DNA from: Octopus vulgaris
Taxonomy: Eukaryota
NCBI GenBank assembly: GCA_951406725.2
Contig: OX597815.1
Coordinates: forward strand, 200,012,001-200,076,000
Length of the DNA: 64,000 nucleotides
Direction of reading: 5' to 3'
Of this stretch, positions 55,370-64,000 are shown piece after piece. Below the pieces are notes generated by a model that was not told where the DNA came from, made no database searches, and saw only the letters and a list, made by a program, of their open reading frames with translations. The translations under genes and the position numbers were made by a program. Each line of letters begins with the position of its first letter. Position 1 is the stretch's first letter.

Positions 55370-55603
55370 GAAGGCGGCGAGCTGGCAGAACCGTCAGCAC
55401 GCCGGTCGAAATCCGTAGCCGTATTTTGTCTGCCGTTACGTTCTGAGTTCAAATTCCGCCGAGGTCGACTTTGCCTTTCATCCTTTCGGGGTCGATAAAT
55501 TAAGTACCAGTTACGCCCTGTGGTCAATGTAATCGACTTAATTCGTTTGTCTGTCCTTGTTTGTCCCCTATATGTTTAGCCCCTTGTGGGTAATAAAGAA
55601 ACA
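55370..55603 (+). mobile_element. SINE type C monomer with 17-bp TSD
   Basis: TSD aatatgaaatgagttta at 55353-55369 and 55604-55620. Confidence 0.92.
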
Positions 55604-56479
55604 AATATGAAATGAGTTTAATTTGGGATACACTGTATGAATATAAGAGAAGGTACCTTGGTTTGTCTTGTGTTCTCAACTACTCGAGCGAATAGTTCGG
55701 ACGTAGTCGCTGTCCTTCTATACGGCATGCCTTGGTGGTATTTTGAATCTTGTTAACATCTCCACCACTCTCTCTAGGTCTGATTAGAAATGATTTCTTC
55801 CTGAAAGAAAGGCAGACTGACAAGAGAAGAGAGAGGTAGGAGAAAGAGAAAGGGAGAGAGATTGAAAGAAAGAATGAAAGAGCGGCATTAATAGAGAACT
55901 GATGCTTTCTATGTCAATCTAGACAAGTTACAGAAGAAAAAAAAAATGAACATCGGCAGCATTGAACTCAGAGAATTGGACAGATTTCCGCCCGTCATTC
56001 TAACGGATGCTCCGGTAATATTGCCAATTCAGTACCTGTTGGAGGCAATGGTCATAAATAAAATGGTTTTCAGCATAAGTCTGATGGATGAGAATTACTA
56101 CAAAACTACTGTTGAGTGAGAAGGAAATAGTGAAAGAGAGAGAGAGAGGGGGGCGGAGAGTGAAAAGAGAGAGAGAGTGGAAAAAGAGAGAAAGATCACC
56201 TTGACCACTAGGTGATCTTGAACAAGTAGGGTTCCATCTCTAGTCATAGCTGGAAGCCCTGTCCTGTAACAAAAAGGACTGTATCATCCATCTATTGACA
56301 CATTAGTATACTACATCATATTTCATTTCACTCTTTTTCATCTCCTCATTCGATTTTATGTCAACCTACAACTAACTTCCATTTTGATGTTACCTTCAAT
56401 CGATATTCTGTTGGCGATTAACAAAAAATCATTATGACAGATTAGTTAGAACGTCAGAAAAAAGTGCCTTGCGGTGTTT

Positions 56480-57910
56480 CTGTCAGAGGGGTGAAAATGC
56501 CTTGCAAATCTACTCAGATGTCTCCAACTCATTGACAAATATCGATAACATTTCACCACTACGCCATTGTGAACATAGACAAATTGCATCGAGTCATCCA
56601 GATGCTATCAAGAGAAAGTATTATGTAGCCCAGAGATATAAGGAGGGGGTAGATTTTTCAAAATTTTAAATCATTGGTTACACAGACCATAGATTTGTGA
56701 TGTGCTCTGTCGACATTTGTAGGCTTGGAATCGGTAGGGACGGAATTATTAGAAGATTAGAGCATCACTCCCGACGCGCCAAGCATATAGAGAACGGATT
56801 AGTAAATTAATGCAGCTGGCGTTGACAGAGCAATCGTCTACAGCAAATGGTGGTTCACCTTAAAAAGGGTGATGAGATTGGAATCGATGAAATTTACTTA
56901 GGTTATGGCGATAAAGAACACTAGAATAGAAGAATTAATTAGAAACTTAAAAGAGCTGCTTAGGAAAGGCAACATGACCGATATGCTCGTAGAGAGATTT
57001 ACTCTTAAAAAATGTTTCCAAAAGAAATACGAAAGCTGAGTTATTAGAGCTAAGGTAACTACTCTGAGATATGAAGGGACAAAAGCAGTTCTATGGGCCC
57101 GAGTGGTATAGGTGCAACGTGGCAATAGGAATACTATTCGATTTTTGCTGACTAGAATGTGCACATGTTACTCCAGCTCAATCAGATGTGTGCAAGCAAC
57201 TTTTTAACTGCATTTTGCTCGACTCACGCAGCTATTGGTGAACGAGGTAGTGAGGTGACGACTTGCTCCCCACACCCCAAAAAAGTATATAAATGTCACG
57301 AAAATGCGGAAGCTATGGTTGGCTACTGGGCAAGCAAATGGCCTGGATTGGATGGTATGCGTCAAGAGCTTTACGTTTATATGCCAAACTTCTTTGAAGA
57401 TCTCTTGGTTGATATCTACTGCAAATGGAAGCGGAACAGGAGGAGAATTCTCAGTTAAGTGAGAATGGGCCCAAACAAGGTAAGTCGCTTCGATAATGTT
57501 TAGCCCTTTAATTCAATCAACGTAAATTTCGAGATTTTAGCTAATGTGTTAACCAAGGGCTGGTACATGTCCTCTATGATCTGATCGATGATGGCAAAAT
57601 CTACTTCGCGTGATAAATTAAAGAGAGGGAATGTAAGGAACCTTACATGGATGGGGCGCTAATCAGATCAACCGAAAGCTTTCGACAGAGCCTGCTAGCA
57701 TTACTTGACGACTGTACTCAGTTTCGACCCCGCTTTCCGCACTTTTATCACCTCAGTGTAGGGCGATATCTGCTCGGATGCTTACAGTGAATGACCACCT
57801 ACCAGAAACATTCAATATCATGCTCATGCTCTGTCGAAATTGTTTCCATCGACTCTTTTGTATGTTCTGGCTCTAGTGCTATTATTGCGGAAAGTGGTGA
57901 CGCTGAGGCC
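56480..57910 (+). pseudogene. L1/Tx1-like LINE ORF2 remnant (endonuclease C-terminus to RT)
   Basis: GYTDHRFV (EN SDH-like motif), KWPGLDGMRQELYVYMPNFFEDLLVDIY, DGALI..DQPKAFDR and LLYVLAL..LLRK. Many frameshifts. Confidence 0.82.
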
Positions 57911-58216
57911 CGCAAACAAGGACGTGGGAAAACATATGCAAGCATTGTCACTGCCATAGAATCGGTAACCAGGCTGATCTTTGCTTTTGTTTATTTTATT
58001 GTTTGCACTCCCTAAAGTAAACCCGCATCATATCACGTGGTATTGCATTGTCTTGTCCTGTATCATTAAAAGATCTGTTTGGAAACCCTTATTGCTGAAG
58101 AAAAGAAATTACCACCACCAGATTGGGTTGCCATTTCAGTAAACTAAAATTTGTTTTGTGACTATATATATATATATATATATATATATTATCACCCCCA
58201 CCACCCCATCCCACTT

Positions 58217-58276
<60 letters not shown>

Positions 58277-59580
58277 AATTCATTGTATTATTCTAGGTGA
58301 AATGTTCATGACATTTTCTGTAGTAATTTTTCTGGAGAAAGAGAGAGAGAAAAGAGAGAGTGCTTTGACTTCATTTAATTTTTTTTAATATTATTCACTT
58401 AGAGCTTTTGTGACCACCTGCTGAGTTCTTGCGTTCATATTTTCTTTTCCAACTCTTTCTAATTACTGAGATCGTCTGGCGTTAGTTCATCTGTTTAACA
58501 GAATACATTATTCTTTATACAAACTATACTTTAGGCGTCATGACCTATATGATATTGTGATGTCGGTTGGCTCAGTCAGTGAGTCTCAGATTAAAAATAC
58601 TAATATATTTGACAATAATATTATGAAACCTTTGCGCCCTCCCGTCTTTATTAATTAGAAAGCAAGATAGAATTTTCATCCATATAATTCTTCCTTTACC
58701 ATGGCACTGAATGAGTTTCTAATCTTCAGAAACACCCTTCCCGTGAGAAACACTGGATTAGCTTACCTTTCTATGTAAACATAATGCGTTTTATATTTCG
58801 TCAGAAATAGCTGTGTGGTGAAGAATTTCACGTCAAAACTATGTGAGTCGGAGTTCAGATCCATTGCATGACATCATGGGCAAGTGTTTTCTTCCAGAGC
58901 CCTGGTTCAACGAAAAGGCTTGAGAATGATGAAAACGTGTAGAAAGAAAATGTGTCTTCTTATTCTTGGGTGACAGATTTATCCTAGTTTAGCACTTCAC
59001 CTGAACATTGGGTGATTTTCGATGAGCTCACCTCGTAAATACTACAACCAGGTAATGATAACTTCGTTCCTTCTGCCACCCACTGCAGACCCCTAAAATG
59101 GATCATGAAAATTGCTGTTTCGTCTTTAATGAAGCCATTAAAAAACTCTATTTTATGGTGTCACACTAACCCCAGTTCAAACATTTTATACATTTTAAGC
59201 ATACAGCACAACTTTTTCTCAGTGAACATGTGGTAGTTTTGAGCGTCGAAAATTTTAACATCATTTTACGAATAAACGATTAAATGAAGTTAACAGGATT
59301 TGTGCGTTCCTGAATGGACTTTTACGCTTTATTTGCCTTAGTTTCAGCGCACGATCTCGGATCAAATTCCTTGCCATGCAAGTGCATCTCCGTAATTTTA
59401 CATAGCCTTCAACAGAAACAGCTACTAAGGCGATAAAATTGCAGTCGACTGCGTGTTGGAAAGAAAACCTCACAATATTTGTTCTGACTTCCTTTGCTCT
59501 GAGTTCAAATGTTGCTGAGGTGAACTTTAATCGTTTCAAGGTCGATGAAAAAAAAAAAAGAGAATCCAGGCTGGTAGATT

Positions 59581-59638
59581 GTTTTTTTTCTCTCTAGTTT
59601 CAGCTCAGAGCTGCGGCCATGCTGATGCACCGCCGTTT
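59581..59638 (-). mobile_element. Extremely 5'-truncated LINE 3' end
   Basis: Reverse complement of 39321-39378. Confidence 0.75.
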
Positions 59639-60158
59639 GGGTGAAATTGTTAGAGGGTCGGGCAATAATCCCTGCGATATCTACGCTGACGCTTATATTC
59701 TGACGGTAACGCCATCGACGATACTGGAGCCAAGATGTATCGACCAAATAGACATACTTGGTATAGAAAGAGGAGACTTGAATGCAGGGGAAAATGCTAG
59801 TCTTCCTAAAAAAGCCAGGCCTGCGCATACATGTGCAGATGCATGCTTAACTTTGACTACCGGATCTCCTATTAGTTGTAAATAAATAACTACCAGATTA
59901 TGATCTTCCTCAATGCGCTGCGAGACGGTCGATGTATACACCCTATCTAGCGTTTATGACAAATAGGTTGTTCCGACCTGATGAGCATACGCCACTCTGG
60001 CATGAAAACTATGTGCTATATATATTCTTATTTCCTGTTACAAGACTGAAAACAAGTAAAAGAGTCCTAATTTTTAGAGCCTGGTACTCATTATACCTTT
60101 ATTTTTGTCGAACCATCAAGTTACGGAGACGTAATGAAAGCAAAACTAATTAAAAGGA

Positions 60159-60537
60159 GCACTCCGTCGGTTACGACGATGAGGGTCCCAGCTGTAACGA
60201 TCAACGGAACAGCTTGCTCGTGGAATTAACGTGCAAGTGGCTGAGCACTCCACAGACACGTGTACCCTTAACGTAGTTCTCGAGGAGATTCAGCGTGACA
60301 CAGAGTGTGACAAGGCTGGCTCTTTGAAATACAGGTACAACAGAAACAGGAAGAAAGAGTGAGAGAAAGTTGTGGTGAAAGAGTACAGCAGGGTTCATCA
60401 CCACCCCCTGCAGGAGCCTCGTGAGGCTTTAGGTGTTTTCGCTCAATAAACACTCACAATGCCCGGTCTGGGAATCGAAACCGCGATCCTACGACCGCGA
60501 GTCCGCTGCCCTAACCACTGGGCCATTGCGCCTCCAC
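60159..60537 (-). mobile_element. SINE head B with tail i, inserted into an old type A copy
   Basis: Flanked by aaaactaattaaa / aaaacgaattaaa. Type A fragments lie at 60060-60140 and 60560-60760. Confidence 0.88.
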
Positions 60538-61398
60538 GAAAACGAATTAAATGTTAGGTGAAAGACACAAAGGCACGCGCACACACGAATATACCCATGC
60601 ATAAACGCCCACGCACACTCAACATATACAAAGGGCTTCCACATAGTTTCTTTTTACCAAATTCAGTCAGAAGGCATCGGTTGCTTCAGGGCTATAGAAG
60701 AAGACACTTGGCTAAGACGACCTGCAGTAGGTCGGAACCCGGATTCACATGATCATTCCTGTGTAGAGGCAATTGGTAAAATTTCTGTTTTCCGTTACGT
60801 TTCATTTGTATTGTGTTCGGTGTGTGCAAATTGTGGGTTCTATTGTTTTCCACTTGTAACTGTTTAAACCATCTATACAAATTTTGTATTGTAGTTCTTA
60901 CGCTTGTAATATAATCAGTTGAAAAAATTAGATTAAATGCTATTATCTTTGCAGTCATTATGCAAAATGTCCTCCTAAAGGCTGTTTAACATCTTAAAGC
61001 AATAAACAAGGGGGATAATAGCGTTGAAATCAATAAAACTGAAATGACAACGCATATGGGAAGGTTCTTGCGCTTCAATCCAACAAGTGAAAGCAACATA
61101 CAGTTTACATCTCATAAGAGCTCTTATGGAAGGTACGTTCAACTTAATTGACTTACAAGTGATTAGCACGTGCAGAAACAGCAGTGACGTAATGACACTG
61201 ATTGTAAATATCAACAATATGGCTCAACCAGAGGGCGAGAAGAAGCACCTCAAACGAGGGTTCTGCATGATAAATGTCTATGCTGTAGGGACTCGTATAT
61301 GTAGTATAATGAATTCAAACAGTTCAGTTACATAAGATTATAAATGCAGTTACTTGACAAAAAGTGTTTAAAATCTAAAAACAACCAGTAAATACAAT

Positions 61399-61604
61399 AT
61401 CAGTCGCCATGATATATCGTTAGCCACTACACACATTTTTCTCTCTCCTTGTTTCTCTCCTTGTTTTTTCTGTGTCCCTTTCTGTAGAAGAGCATATGCT
61501 CGAAATGTAAAAGACTTTTTCTATTCCTCAGCGTTATACTAATACACCTGTTTGTTTTCTACACCACCTGTCTTCGTCATTTGTTTTTTCGTAACCCCCC
61601 CCCC
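61399..61604 (+). mobile_element. Family H element with variant hammerhead and 14-bp TSD
   Basis: TSD ccagtaaatacaat at 61385-61398 and 61605-61618. Motif cttt-CTGtaGA-a-gagc-atat-gctc-GAAA-tg-TA-aaag at 61478-61513. Confidence 0.8.
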
Positions 61605-62850
61605 CCAGTAAATACAATGACTTAATTTGGAATTAAAGACGACGCCGATAGAAATTATTCAATTTTCTTTCAAAAAGCAAAACTGTTTTTATAGACTATA
61701 TCTAGCTGTGTAAAACGTATTTCGTTTGGGATGTGTATAATGTGAATCAGTTTTTGGATGAATTAAACTACATTTTCAATTTATCTTGATTTAGATATAA
61801 ATTTTATTACACCGAAGCTGTAGACCGCTAGAGTATTAATAGCTTCCAGTTTTATGTCATTCTAGAATCTTTGATATATTCCTTTCGAATCATCTCTTCC
61901 GTTCTATCATTTTGTGTCTGTGTCTCTTTCTTAAGACTTAGGTACATGTATCTCCAAGTATTGCATTGCTTGGCCGATTTTTATCTTCAGTTTATTGATT
62001 TGGTCAGCTTACTTCGCTGTTGAATGAATCTGGTTTATTTGTCAAACTGAAAAACCCTGACAACATCACATCGATGTGCGTCTTTACGGTTTGGGAAAGA
62101 TTTTTTTTTCCAATACGTCTTCAGAATGCTACATTATAGTTTCATACCAAGCATGCAGAGCACATGATTAATTTTGCATGTATTGCTATTCTAGCCATTT
62201 CAGATCTCTTGCTTAACGAGGCAGGAGTTGGCTAGAACAATATCGGTATTCTATTTTAGATATTGATAATCCCGTTTCTTACATTACACTTATGGTTGGG
62301 TTAATACTACATTTAGACACAGTAGTTTTCAAGATGACATCATTCAACAGTGACAGTAAACATTACTATCGATTCCGGAATCCTTGTATGATGTTTAGAA
62401 TCAACAGTCTTTCAACAAACGATATCCATTTCTCTTGTAGACAATGTTCTAATTTTGCTATGTTCATCAAGTGTTAGTTTTAGTAAACCTATGATTATCT
62501 TTCTAATTTAACGTTTTCCTTTTACTTGTTTCTGTCATTAGACGGTGGCCATGCTGAGGCACCTACTAGAATAATTTTAGCGAGACGAATCGACCCCATT
62601 ACTTGATCTTTTTAAAATCTGGTACTTACTTTTTCATTTACATTTGCCGAATCACTAAGTTCCTTTCGAATAATCTCCAAGTATTGCATACACACACACA
62701 CACACACACAGAAGTCCTGGATTTGTTCGACTAAATGCGGTGCTCCAGCATGGCCTCAATCAAATGACTGAAACAAGTAAAAAAATAAAAGAATATATAT
62801 ATATATATACATACACGCACAAACACGCGTGTGTGTGTGTTAAAAATAAT

Positions 62851-63242
62851 CATTTTTACTCTAGGCACAAGGCCCGAAAATTTTGGGGAAGGGGCCTGTC
62901 GATTTGATCGACCCCAGTACGCATCTGGTACTTAATTTATCAACCCCAAAACGATGAAAGGCAAATTCGACCTCGGAGGGATTCGAACTCAGAACGTAAC
63001 GGCAGACGAAATAACTATTTCTTTACTACCCACAAGGGGCTAAACACAGAGAGGACAAACAAGGACAGACAAACAGGTTAAGTCGATTACATCGACCCCA
63101 GTGCGTAACTTATTTAATCGACTCCGAAAGGATGAAAGGCAAAGTCGACCTCGGCGGAATTTGAACTCAGAACGTAGCGGCAGACGAAATACTGCTAAGC
63201 GTTTCGCCCATCGTGTTAACGTTTCTACCAGCTCGGCCCCTT
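62851..63242 (-). mobile_element. SINE type C dimer inside one 17-bp TSD
   Basis: TSD tgtgtgttaaaaataat at 62834-62850 and 63243-63259. Two bodies with different tails. Confidence 0.88.
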
Positions 63243-63340
63243 TGTGTGTTAAAAATAATGTTTGTAATATGAATACTATGGGCGATGCAGGAATCTTTCA
63301 ATATACGAGAGAACAAACGTATCGGCAATTTCTTTACATA

Positions 63341-63511
63341 GGCGCAGGAGTGGCTGTGTGGTAAGTAGCCTGCTTACGAACCACATGGTTCCGGGTTCAG
63401 TCCTACTGCGTGGCATCTTGGGCAAGTGTCTTCTACTATAGCCTCGGGTCGACCAATGCCTTGTGAGTGGATTTGGTAGACGGAAACTGAAAGAAGCTCG
63501 TCGTATATACG

Positions 63512-63543
<32 letters not shown>

Positions 63544-63775
63544 TGCGTGTGTGTATATGTTTGTGTGTCTGTGGTTGTCCCCCTCCCCCAACATCGCTTA
63601 ACAACAGATGCTGGTGTGTTTACGTCCGCGTAACTTAGCGGTTCGGCAAGAGAGACCGATAGAATAAGTACTAGGCTTACAAAAGAATAAGTCCTGGGGG
63701 GTCGATATGTTCGACTAAAGGCGGTGCTCCAGCATGGCCACAGTCAAATGACTGAAACAAGTTAAAGTAAGAGTA
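63341..63775 (+). mobile_element. SINE type A
   Basis: Full-length match. Confidence 0.9.
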
Positions 63776-64000
63776 TATCTTGTAAGGAAAATACTCCGCT
63801 TTCTGGTGCTGTGAATTTATGACGTTAAGAAGTTCGAATACAGAGTCTGTGTCGTAAAATACTATGCAGAAACGATTTTCTTTTAAAAGAAAGCATTTCT
63901 ATTGCTTCATACCCGTTTTTGAGCAGGAATTTAGCCACGGAGACAAATTACTTGACGTAAAGCTGCAGAAGGTCATACAGGCAACAAAACAGGTCGTGTC

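Overview
AT-rich eukaryotic DNA dominated by microsatellites and transposons. The SINE and microsatellite repertoire looks like a cephalopod (Octopus-type) genome, which is an inference I cannot confirm here. Almost all long ORFs in the track are artefacts of (TA)n/(CA)n/(GA)n/triplet repeats. Supported features: a full-length Tc1 remnant (3762-5020), two mariner derivatives (8924-9758, 36064-36628), a foldback/MITE (15728-16249), degenerate L1/Tx1-like ORF2 remnants (1690-2560, 56480-57910), a CR1-like LINE 3' end (39885-40232), and about 30 copies of four tRNA-derived SINE head types with interchangeable tails. The most notable signal is a set of mutually dissimilar short elements, mostly embedded in (TA)n tracts, that each carry a type I hammerhead ribozyme with a minimal or palindromic stem III (Penelope-type). 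Four have intact cores and stem I (20434, 33657, 52882, 53140), several are decayed, and a ~200-nt family with a variant core includes a copy flanked by a 14-bp target-site duplication. There is also a phase-compatible three-exon candidate gene (7540-17416) for an 83-aa peptide with a death-domain-like pattern, which is speculative.
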